64,000 bases of DNA from Oscillospiraceae bacterium (GTDB taxonomy: Bacteria > Bacillota > Clostridia > Oscillospirales > Acutalibacteraceae): positions 5,100 to 69,099 of the forward strand of contig CACXOM010000004.1 of the NCBI GenBank assembly GCA_902769255.1, read 5' to 3'. Positions within the stretch are counted from its first letter, which is position 1. Each line of letters opens with the position of its first letter. The position numbers and the translations under genes are program-made. Shown here one piece after another: positions 52,824 through 61,658 of the stretch. The notes under the pieces were generated by a model that made no database searches, was not told the origin of the DNA, and was given only the letters and a program-made list of their open reading frames with translations.

Positions 52824-53894
52824 ATGAAAATAATGTTTGTAATACCTTCACTGTCTTTTGGAGGTGCTGAAAGAGTTGTTTCAGTTTTATCAAATGAGCT
52901 TGTTGCTCAAGGAAATGATGTTCAGATTTTAATATATTTTAGAACTGAAAATGAATATCCAACTGATATAACAGTAAAAAAAGTATATCTTTCAAATGGT
53001 TTTGAAGATGATTATAATAAAATGAATTATTATAAAAGGCTTGCATTGTTAAGAAGAATAACCAAAGCATACAACCCTGATTATATAGTACCTTTTTTAT
53101 CGCATGTTTGTATTCAAACTTGTGTAGCACTCTTTGGATTGGATTATAAAATAATTCAAACTGTAAGAAATAATCCAAAAACTTTACCTAAAAATAAACT
53201 TCATAGATTCTTGAGAGATTTATTTATTAATCATTCATATAAAACTATTGTTCAGAATAATGAACAAAAAGATTATTTTTGTAAAAAGATTCATAATAAA
53301 ATTTTTGTTTTGCCGAATCCAGTAAGAGAAGAGTTATTTCAAGCTGAAAAGAATAAGAAGTCAGATAAATTTATTATTGCATCTGCTGGCAGATTGACTT
53401 ATCAAAAAAACTTTAAACTGCTTATTGATTCTGTTGAGAATATTTGTAAAGAGAATAGCAATGTTATTTTGCAGATTTATGGTGACGGCGAGTTAAAAGA
53501 AGAATTGCAGAGTTACATTAATGGAAAAAAGCTTGATAAAAGTGTATTTTTAATGGGAAGAACCGATGATATGAAATCTATGTTTGAGAGTATAGATTTA
53601 TACATATTATCTTCAGATTTCGAAGGTATGCCGAATTCATTGATGGAAGCAATGGCAGCAGGAGTTCCGTGTATTTCAACCGATTGTCCGACTGGTCCTT
53701 CAGATTTAATTGTTGATGGAGAAAGCGGTCTTTTAGTTCCGGTAAATGATAGCATAGCAATGGAAAATGCTATTAGAAAAATGCTTTTTAAATTAGATAA
53801 AGAGCATTTAGCTAATCAAGCCAGAATTTTTATAAAAAATAGTTATTCTGCCAAAATTATTGTTTCAAAATTAATGCATATTTTACAAGGATAG
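52824..53894 (+). CDS. glycosyltransferase family 4 (GT-B)
   Basis: FGGAERVV N-terminus, EGMPNSLMEAMAAGVPCISTD. Confidence 0.85.
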   Translation: MKIMFVIPSLSFGGAERVVSVLSNELVAQGNDVQILIYFRTENEYPTDITVKKVYLSNGFEDDYNKMNYYKRLALLRRITKAYNPDYIVPFLSHVCIQTCVALFGLDYKIIQTVRNNPKTLPKNKLHRFLRDLFINHSYKTIVQNNEQKDYFCKKIHNKIFVLPNPVREELFQAEKNKKSDKFIIASAGRLTYQKNFKLLIDSVENICKENSNVILQIYGDGELKEELQSYINGKKLDKSVFLMGRTDDMKSMFESIDLYILSSDFEGMPNSLMEAMAAGVPCISTDCPTGPSDLIVDGESGLLVPVNDSIAMENAIRKMLFKLDKEHLANQARIFIKNSYSAKIIVSKLMHILQG

Positions 53895-54107
53895 GTGATT
53901 TAAATAATATTATCAAAAAACCATTCAAATGGTAGTATAGATATTGCTTCAATACGCAATTTTTTCCTTTTTATATATTTTTGTGCAATATCCGGCTGTC
54001 AGACAAATGAAGGATTTGATTATGTATTTTCATTATCTTCATTTGTATTTTTTGTAGGTATTAGTTTTATAATTCAAATTAATGAGGGAAGTTTTAAATT
54101 TAATAAC

Positions 54108-55187
54108 ATGATTTTATGGATTTGTGTTTTTTTTGGTTTTGCCTGTTTATCAATTATTTGGGCTCCCTCTAATGGTAGCGTTTTATCGTTGAACACTACA
54201 TTTTTACAATTAATATTTATTGTATTTTGTTTGACTAATATAATAAAAAACGATGAAGATATTGAACTTGTTTTAAAGTGTTTGATTTATTCATTGTTAT
54301 TTACTGCGATAATGCTTTTAATTAGAACGCCTTTTGAACAATGGGGCACAGAACGTATAGGTGAATCAATTGGATTGAATTCTAATGATGTTGGATTTCG
54401 TTTCGCTATAGGTATTATTCTGTCTTTTTATTTTGTTAATACTAAAAAAAAGTATTATTATATTATTTATATAATTGCATTTATGTTGTTGGTAATCTTT
54501 TCTGGATCACGAAAAGGATTTATAATGGCAGTTGTTGGAATTATAGTGAGTAGTATTTATTCAGGAAGAAAAAATAAAGATTATAAAGCTATTCTCTCAA
54601 AATTGTTAAAAATTGTTTTCGCAAGTATCGCTTTAATTTTAATTGCGCATTTTGTAATGAACAATAAGATATTTTATTCAATAATTGGAGTTAGAATGGA
54701 AGATTTGTTTTCAGCAGTTGTAGGTGAATCTTCAGGTGACGCAAGCATTATTGAAAGAAATTTTTTTAAAGAACAGGCTTGGCAGTTGTTTTTAAGTCAT
54801 CCTTTTATAGGATATGGACACAATTGTTTTCCGGTTTATTTGAAATCCATTGGTTACGGGGTCTTAACTTATTCACATAATAATTATTTGGAATTACTTA
54901 GTTCTACAGGCATTGTTGGCTTTGCTATATATTATTCAATGATCATTTCAATGTTGATAAGCTTGTTAAAGATGTGGTTTTGTAAGAAAAAAAATGGTCC
55001 TATCCTTTTTGTTTTTACTTTTATTATGTTATTGGTTTTATTTATTTCATGGTGGCAAGTAAATTATTCAAGTAAGTTTTTAATTGTTATTTATTCTTTG
55101 GTTTACATGTTTATTAAAGTGGAAAAAAAGGGAGGATTATACAATAATGAATTGGAAAAGACTAATCATTGCAATAACCAACCCTAA
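54108..55187 (+). CDS. wzy: O-antigen polymerase/ligase-family membrane protein (Wzy-like)
   Basis: Polytopic membrane protein with GSRKGF and the GYGHNCF...YSHNNYLELLSSTGIVGF Wzy_C-type loop. The frame is open a further 68 codons upstream without a canonical start (see findings). Confidence 0.75.
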   Translation: MILWICVFFGFACLSIIWAPSNGSVLSLNTTFLQLIFIVFCLTNIIKNDEDIELVLKCLIYSLLFTAIMLLIRTPFEQWGTERIGESIGLNSNDVGFRFAIGIILSFYFVNTKKKYYYIIYIIAFMLLVIFSGSRKGFIMAVVGIIVSSIYSGRKNKDYKAILSKLLKIVFASIALILIAHFVMNNKIFYSIIGVRMEDLFSAVVGESSGDASIIERNFFKEQAWQLFLSHPFIGYGHNCFPVYLKSIGYGVLTYSHNNYLELLSSTGIVGFAIYYSMIISMLISLLKMWFCKKKNGPILFVFTFIMLLVLFISWWQVNYSSKFLIVIYSLVYMFIKVEKKGGLYNNELEKTNHCNNQP

Positions 55188-56064
55188 AAAAATAGTTCAA
55201 TATTTTGAAACAAAAGGTATATTTAACCGTTTGTCTGATAAAAAATATTTGAATTTAATGTATAGACTTCAAATGGGAAAGAAGCTAGACCTTGATAATC
55301 CAAAAACTTTTAATGAAAAGCTTCAATGGCTGAAACTGTATGACAGAAATCCAGAGTATACAAAATTAGTTGATAAATATGAAGTTAAAAAAATAGTAGC
55401 TGATAAAATAGGAGCGGAATACATAATACCAACACTTGGTGTATGGGACAAGTTTGATGATATTGATTTTGATAAGTTGCCGAATCAATTCGTATTAAAA
55501 TGCACTCATGATAGCGGCGGTTTGGTTATTTGTAAAGATAAATCTAAATTTGACATTAAATCGGCAAAAAAGAAAATTAACAGAAGCTTAAGAAGCAATT
55601 ATTATTATCATGGCCGTGAATGGCCGTATAAAAATGTTGAGCCAAGAATAATTGCTGAAGAATTTTTAAGTGATGACGATAATGTTGAAAGTGGTTTAAC
55701 TGATTACAAATTCTTTTGTTTTGATGGACTTGCTTATAGCGTGATGATATGTATTGATAGAAATACTGGCGATCCAAAATACTATTTTTTTGATAAAAGC
55801 CGTAAACTATTAAGATTAAACAAAAGAAGTAAACTAGTCTCTGATGATTTTCATGTCAATTTTCCAGATTGTATTGATAAAATGTTTGATTTAGCAGAAA
55901 AACTATCAGAAGGATTTCCTCATGTGAGGGTTGATTTGTTTTCTTCAAAAAACAAACCTTATTTTGGTGAATTGACCTTTTTTTCAGAGTCAGGAATGGA
56001 TAATAATCTATTACCCGAGGCAGAAAAAATATTTGGAGATTTAATTAATCTTGAAAAAGTATAA
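55147..56064 (+). CDS. TupA-like ATP-grasp amidoligase
   Basis: NPKTFNEKLQWLKLYDRNP, FVLKCTHDSGG, DYKFFCFDG, VRVDLF...YFGELTF. ATG at 55147 follows GGGAGGA. Confidence 0.75.
   Translation: MNWKRLIIAITNPKKIVQYFETKGIFNRLSDKKYLNLMYRLQMGKKLDLDNPKTFNEKLQWLKLYDRNPEYTKLVDKYEVKKIVADKIGAEYIIPTLGVWDKFDDIDFDKLPNQFVLKCTHDSGGLVICKDKSKFDIKSAKKKINRSLRSNYYYHGREWPYKNVEPRIIAEEFLSDDDNVESGLTDYKFFCFDGLAYSVMICIDRNTGDPKYYFFDKSRKLLRLNKRSKLVSDDFHVNFPDCIDKMFDLAEKLSEGFPHVRVDLFSSKNKPYFGELTFFSESGMDNNLLPEAEKIFGDLINLEKV
55450..55663 (+). repeat. 214-nt segment repeated at 57986-58199 (31 mismatches by my ungapped count)
   Basis: Manual alignment of the two ATP-grasp genes. The flanks are much more divergent. Confidence 0.8.
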
Positions 56065-56085
56065 AGAATATTATAGAGGTGCAAC

Positions 56086-57039
56086 ATGAAAACAGTTGGT
56101 TTTCCAATTAGTCATAAAGAGAATGAAAATAGAAGAGCAATATTGCCTGAACAAATAAAATTGATGGAAAATCCCAATTTTTTGTTTTTCGAGAACGGAT
56201 ATGGAGATGTTTTAGGAATATCTGATAAAGAATTCTTAAAAATAGGCTGTAATATTTGTTCTCATGAAGAAGTATTCACAAAAGATATAATTTGTGATCC
56301 TAAAGTAGGAGATGGCGATTATTTGAATGCTCTAAATAATCAAACTATTTTTGGTTGGGTTCATGCTACTCAGAATAGAGAAATAACTGATAAATTAATT
56401 AATAACAAGTTAACCGCATATGCGTGGGAAAACATGTTTCATCAAGGTCGTCATATTTTTTGGAGAAATAATGAATTAGCTGGAGAGGCAGCAGTTATGC
56501 ATGCTTTCCAATGCTTTGGTAGAATGCCTTATGAAACAAAGGTAGCTGTAATAGGTCGTGGGAACACTGCTCGTGGTGCTTTAAAGGTTCTTAGTATGTT
56601 AGGTGCTGATATTATTCAGTATGATAGACATACAGAAAAATTATTGAGAGAAGAAATATCTGACTATGATGTAATTGTAAATTGTGTTTTATGGGATGTT
56701 ATGCGAAAAGATCATATAGTTTTTAAAGAAGACCTTAAAAGAATGAAAAAAAATGCAATGATTATTGATGTAAGCTGTGATAAAAATGGCGGTATTGAAA
56801 CAAGCGTTCCTACTACAATTGACAATCCTACATATTATGTTGATGGGATTATGCATTATGTTGTTGATCATACACCAACATTGTTTCATAAAACTTTTTC
56901 AATTAATAATTCAAAAGTCATTTATAAATACATTGAGCAATTAATGGAGGATTGTATTGATGCAGATTTAAGAAACGCTCTTGTCGTTGAAAGAGGAAAC
57001 ATAATAGATGAAAGCATAATTAAGTTTCAGGGTAGATAA
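56086..57039 (+). CDS. AlaDH/PNT-family dehydrogenase resembling N5-(carboxyethyl)ornithine synthase
   Basis: MKTVGFPISHKENENRRAILPE start, VIGRGNTARGA Rossmann motif, about 317 aa. This matches my recollection of the Lactococcus CEOS family; no search was run. Confidence 0.55.
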   Translation: MKTVGFPISHKENENRRAILPEQIKLMENPNFLFFENGYGDVLGISDKEFLKIGCNICSHEEVFTKDIICDPKVGDGDYLNALNNQTIFGWVHATQNREITDKLINNKLTAYAWENMFHQGRHIFWRNNELAGEAAVMHAFQCFGRMPYETKVAVIGRGNTARGALKVLSMLGADIIQYDRHTEKLLREEISDYDVIVNCVLWDVMRKDHIVFKEDLKRMKKNAMIIDVSCDKNGGIETSVPTTIDNPTYYVDGIMHYVVDHTPTLFHKTFSINNSKVIYKYIEQLMEDCIDADLRNALVVERGNIIDESIIKFQGR

Positions 57040-57083
57040 TAAATTGGTTTTATAATAATGTAAAAATATAGAAAGGTATATTT

Positions 57084-57902
57084 ATGAAAATAATTATAGG
57101 AGCAGATTTAGTACCTACTAGTTCAAACTGTGATTTATTTAAATCAGGAGATATTGATCAGATTTTTGGTAAAAAAATTATTGAAATACTAAAATCTGCC
57201 GATTATTCGGTGTTTAATCTTGAAGTACCATTATATAATGGAGATACACCTATTAATAAGTGTGGACCTGTATTGAGTTCGGAAACATCAACTATTTGCG
57301 GAATAAAAGCATTAAATCCTTATTTATTATCAATAGCTAATAATCATATTTTAGATCACGGTGAAGATGGTTTAATCAGCACAATAAATACACTTGAAGA
57401 AAATGACATCAATTACATTGGTGCAGGAAAGGATTTAGAAAGTGCAAAAAAACCATTTATAATTGATAATGGTGAAGTTAAAGTTGGAATATATTCTTGC
57501 GCAGAACATGAGTTTTCAATAGCATCTGAAAAAAGCCCAGGAGCTAATCCTTTTGACGCTTTATACTCTTTGGATGATATTCAGGTTTTAAAATCAAAAG
57601 TTGATTATGTAATCGTGTTATTTCATGGAGGAAAAGAATTATATAGATATCCAACGCCTATGCAACAAAAAAGATGTAGACGTATGATTGAAAAAGGCGC
57701 TGATGTTGTAATTTGTCAGCATAGTCATTGTGTTGGATGTGAGGAAATATATAATAATGGCACCATTGTATATGGACAAGGTAATTTTTTGTTTGATATA
57801 TCAAATTGTGATGAATTCAAAACAGGCTTGTTAACTGAAATTAATATAGATAAAACTGGAATTACAGTTTCCTATATTCCAATAATTAAAAAAATAATTT
57901 AG
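57084..57902 (+). CDS. CapA-family (PGA_cap, metallophosphatase-fold) protein, apparently C-terminally truncated
   Basis: IANNHILDHGEDGL, INYIGAG, FHGGKE and CQHSH motifs. Ends right after an A7 tract, and a second frame continues open from there (see findings). Confidence 0.65.
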   Translation: MKIIIGADLVPTSSNCDLFKSGDIDQIFGKKIIEILKSADYSVFNLEVPLYNGDTPINKCGPVLSSETSTICGIKALNPYLLSIANNHILDHGEDGLISTINTLEENDINYIGAGKDLESAKKPFIIDNGEVKVGIYSCAEHEFSIASEKSPGANPFDALYSLDDIQVLKSKVDYVIVLFHGGKELYRYPTPMQQKRCRRMIEKGADVVICQHSHCVGCEEIYNNGTIVYGQGNFLFDISNCDEFKTGLLTEINIDKTGITVSYIPIIKKII

Positions 57903-57922
57903 TTAGATTAGATGAGAATAGT

Positions 57923-58591
57923 TTGATTATTTCACATTTTAAAAAACGGTCAGAAGAAATAACACATGACGGTGTAGTTAATAAAAAGTTTGACGATATT
58001 GATTTTGATAAATTGCCAAATCGATTTGTATTAAAATGCACTCACGATAGTGGCGGCTTGGTTATTTGTAAAGACAAATCACAATTTGATGTTAAATCAG
58101 CTAAAAAAAGAATTAACAAGTGTTTAAAAAGAAACTATTATTATCATGGACGTGAATGGCCGTATAAAAATGTAAAACCGCGAATAATTGCTGAAGAATA
58201 TAAAGAAGATTCTAATTCTAGAGAATTGTGTGATTATAAGTTCTTTTGCTTTGATGGTAAGGTAAAAGCATTATTTATAGCCTCGGATAGACAGAAAAAT
58301 GGAGAAGAAACAAAATTTGATTTTTTTGATGAAAATTTTAATTTTTTACCGTTTACCAATGGACATCCTAATGCCAGTATATTACCTGAAAAGCCTAAAA
58401 ATTTTGAAAAAATGAAATTATTATCTCAGAAATTGTCTAAAGGGTTTGCACATGTTAGAGTGGATTTTTACGAAGTGGATAATAAAGTTTATTTCGGTGA
58501 AATAACACTTTCACATTGGAGTGGAATGGTTCCATTTGTACCTGAAGAGTGGGATTTGAAACTAGGAAATCTTTTACAATTGAATGATTAA
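57923..58591 (+). pseudogene. TupA-like ATP-grasp paralog lacking about 100 N-terminal residues (remnant, or 3' part of a frameshifted CapA fusion)
   Basis: Aligns with 55147-56064 only from KFDDIDFDKLP onward. Has only a TTG start with no convincing RBS. Its frame opens exactly at the A7 tract ending the CapA ORF. Confidence 0.5.
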
Positions 58592-58656
58592 GTTTTCTTT
58601 TTCATCTATAGATTATTTGTTGTTGCGAAAAGTAGTTTTAATAATGGAGGGTTTTT

Positions 58657-59574
58657 ATGAATAGTACTGTTGCAATTGTTGTTACTTATAATAGAAAAAA
58701 GCTTTTAGAAGAGAACATTAATGCACTTTTAAATCAGAAATACAAGTGTGATATATTGGTAATAGATAATGCAAGCACTGATGGTACAGATAAAATGGTA
58801 AGTGAGTTCAACGATGGTAGAATTATTTATGTTAACACGGGAAAAAATTTAGGTGGTGCTGGAGGGTTTTCTTTCGGTGTAAAAAAAGCTATAGAAAAAG
58901 GTTATGAATTCGGTTGGATTATGGATGATGATTCTATTGCTAATGAAAATGCGCTTGAAAGTCTGCAGCAAAAAGCAAAAATGGTTGATTATAATTTTTC
59001 TTTTTTTGCATCATTAGTTTATTGGATTGACAAAAAGATTTTTCCAATGAACTATGCTGACTTTATATCATATAATAAAAATAATAGCATTAATACTGCG
59101 GATTTAATCAGTAAATATAAAATTGCAGAAATAGACAGTTGTTCTTTTGTTGGTTGTTTTGTGAATTTGAAGATAGCAAAGCAAATAGCTCTACCAATTG
59201 CAGACTTTTTTATTTATGGCGATGATATAGAATATACTAGAAGATTAAGCAGAAAAGAGAAGGCTTATATTGATTTTGACAGCATTATTGTTCACAAGGC
59301 TCCATCTAATATTGGATGTGACATAAGATACGCATCAATTAATCGAATCGACAGATTCTTCTATCAATCTAGAAATGGTATGTATATGGCTAAACGGGAT
59401 GGTTATATTTTTAAAAGATTAAAGATATTTATTAAACGAATAATAGGAATAATGTTTAAATCAAAAGATAATAAAGTTAAAAGAATAATAGTTTTAATTA
59501 AAGGAACGTTGGCTGGATTGAGATTCAATCCCAAACTAGAATATGTTGATGACGAAACAATAAAAGGAGAGTAA
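58657..59574 (+). CDS. glycosyltransferase family 2 (likely galactofuranosyl- or rhamnosyl-transferase)
   Basis: VAIVVTYNRKKLL...LVIDNASTDGT and the DDD region. Lies immediately upstream of glf. Confidence 0.8.
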   Translation: MNSTVAIVVTYNRKKLLEENINALLNQKYKCDILVIDNASTDGTDKMVSEFNDGRIIYVNTGKNLGGAGGFSFGVKKAIEKGYEFGWIMDDDSIANENALESLQQKAKMVDYNFSFFASLVYWIDKKIFPMNYADFISYNKNNSINTADLISKYKIAEIDSCSFVGCFVNLKIAKQIALPIADFFIYGDDIEYTRRLSRKEKAYIDFDSIIVHKAPSNIGCDIRYASINRIDRFFYQSRNGMYMAKRDGYIFKRLKIFIKRIIGIMFKSKDNKVKRIIVLIKGTLAGLRFNPKLEYVDDETIKGE

Positions 59575-59576
59575 TT

Positions 59577-60674
59577 ATGTATGACTATTTGATTGTGGGA
59601 GCGGGGCTTTTTGGTTCTTTATTTGCTTATGAAGCAAATAAAAATGGAAAAAATGTTCTAGTAATAGATAAACGCAACCATGTTGGTGGTAATATTTTTA
59701 CAGAAAATGTTGAAAGAATAAATGTACATAAATACGGCGCACATATTTTTCATACTGATGATAAAAGAATATGGGATTATATAAATCAGTTTGCCGATTT
59801 TAACAATTATATTAATTGTCCTATTGCAAGATATAAAAATGAAGTTTATAATTTGCCGTTTAATATGAATACTTTTTCAAGGCTTTGGGGAGTAATTACT
59901 CCAGAACAGGCAAGAGAAAGGATTAATCAACAGATTAAAGAGGCTAATATAATTGAACCTCAAAACCTTGAAGAACAAGCGATATCTTTGGTGGGAAAAG
60001 ATATTTATGAAAAGCTTATTAAAGGCTATACTGAAAAACAATGGGGTAGAAAAGCAAAGGAATTGCCAGCATTTATAATAAAAAGAATACCAGTAAGATT
60101 TACATATAATAATAATTATTTCAATGATCGCTATCAAGGCATCCCTATTGGAGGCTATACTAATATAATTAAAAAAATGTTAGATGGTATTGATGTTAAA
60201 CTTAATACTGATTTTTTTGATAAGCGAGAATACTATATGAATAGCGCAAAAAGGATTATATTTACTGGTATGATAGATGAATTTTATAATTATTGTTTTG
60301 GAGAACTCGAATATAGAAGTCTTAAATTTGAAACAGAAGTATTAAACATTGAGAATTTTCAAGGTAATGCAGTAGTTAATTATAATGAGTTTGAAGTGCC
60401 TTATACAAGAATTATTGAGCATAAGCATTTTGAATTTGGCACGCAGAAAAAAACAGCCATTACTCGTGAATACCCTGTTGCTTGGCATCGTGGCGATGAG
60501 CCATATTATGCAATTAATAATGAAAAGAATAATAATTTATATAAAAAGTATGAAGAGTTGGCTAAAAGTGAAAACAAAGTTGTTTTTGGTGGTAGACTAG
60601 GTATGTATAAGTATTTCGATATGGATGATACAATAAAAGCAGCTTTGGAGTTAAGTAAAAAGGAGTTTAAATAA
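59577..60674 (+). CDS. glf: UDP-galactopyranose mutase
   Basis: YDYLIVGAGLFGS FAD motif, YGAHIFHT, YTEKQWG, IIEHKHF, GRLGMYKY. Confidence 0.93.
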   Translation: MYDYLIVGAGLFGSLFAYEANKNGKNVLVIDKRNHVGGNIFTENVERINVHKYGAHIFHTDDKRIWDYINQFADFNNYINCPIARYKNEVYNLPFNMNTFSRLWGVITPEQARERINQQIKEANIIEPQNLEEQAISLVGKDIYEKLIKGYTEKQWGRKAKELPAFIIKRIPVRFTYNNNYFNDRYQGIPIGGYTNIIKKMLDGIDVKLNTDFFDKREYYMNSAKRIIFTGMIDEFYNYCFGELEYRSLKFETEVLNIENFQGNAVVNYNEFEVPYTRIIEHKHFEFGTQKKTAITREYPVAWHRGDEPYYAINNEKNNNLYKKYEELAKSENKVVFGGRLGMYKYFDMDDTIKAALELSKKEFK

Positions 60675-61658
60675 TTGGAAAATATAATGGTAAGCATATG
60701 CTGTATTACATATAATCATGAGCATTTCATAAAAAAAGCGTTGGATGGCTTCTTGATGCAAAAAACAAGTTTTAAATATGAAATCTTAATCCATGATGAT
60801 GCTTCAACTGATAATACAGCGACAATTATTAGAGAGTATGAAAAAGAGTATCCAGATATAGTAAAACCGATTTATCAAACAGAAAATCAATATAGTAAAG
60901 GAGTAAAGATTTCAAATACATATAATTATCCCAGGGTACAAGGCAAATATATAGCAATTTGTGAAGGAGATGATTTCTGGACTGATGAGAATAAGTTGCA
61001 AAAGCAAGTTGATTTTTTAGAAAGTCATTTAGATTATTCAATGTGTTGCCATTCTGCATATCATGTTGATACAGAAGATAATATTATTGATATTAAAGGT
61101 CCGTTTTTTGAAAAAGGTACGTTAACCGCAAATGAAGTAATAGTTCAGGAAAAAGGCTGGATAGCCACCGCAAGTATATTATTTAGAATAGAAGTATTAT
61201 CAAATACTCCGGAATTCTTTCATGAGGTTTCAGTCGGTGATTATCCTTTAAAATTAAACTGTTTTTCAAAAGGAAAAGTATATTTTGATGACAGTATTAT
61301 GTCTGCTTATAGGATTTCATTGTCGGAAAAAGTAATAAAAGACTCATATATGTATCAAATGAAAAAAAATAGTGCTAAAAAAATAAATAACTATAATAGC
61401 ATTAATAATTTTCTTGATAAATATGATGAGTATACCGAGTTTAAATATCATGAATTTGTTTTGATTGAAATCAGTCGAAATAATTTATTAATTAATATTG
61501 AGCTTGGTAATATTAAAGAAATAAAGAATAACGATTATTTTAAAAAACAATCTTTTAAATATAGAGTTGGAATTTTGTGTAAAATCAAACACCCCTTTTT
61601 GTATAAGATTATTAAGAGAGTTTTTGTTTTGTTAAGGAAAATACGTAATGTCAGATAG
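60675..61658 (+). CDS. glycosyltransferase family 2
   Basis: VSICCITYNHEHFI...IHDDASTDNT...CEGDDFW. TTG at 60675 lies 9 nt after AAGGAG; ATG at 60687 is an alternative start. Confidence 0.8.
   Translation: MENIMVSICCITYNHEHFIKKALDGFLMQKTSFKYEILIHDDASTDNTATIIREYEKEYPDIVKPIYQTENQYSKGVKISNTYNYPRVQGKYIAICEGDDFWTDENKLQKQVDFLESHLDYSMCCHSAYHVDTEDNIIDIKGPFFEKGTLTANEVIVQEKGWIATASILFRIEVLSNTPEFFHEVSVGDYPLKLNCFSKGKVYFDDSIMSAYRISLSEKVIKDSYMYQMKKNSAKKINNYNSINNFLDKYDEYTEFKYHEFVLIEISRNNLLINIELGNIKEIKNNDYFKKQSFKYRVGILCKIKHPFLYKIIKRVFVLLRKIRNVR

Noticed and set aside
55084-55146. Upstream extension of the first ATP-grasp ORF (MLFILWFTCLLKWKKREDYTI).
   Set aside because: It overlaps the 3' end of wzy in another frame. 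The ATG at 55147 has a GGGAGGA RBS, and homologs of this family start with MNWK..-like sequences.
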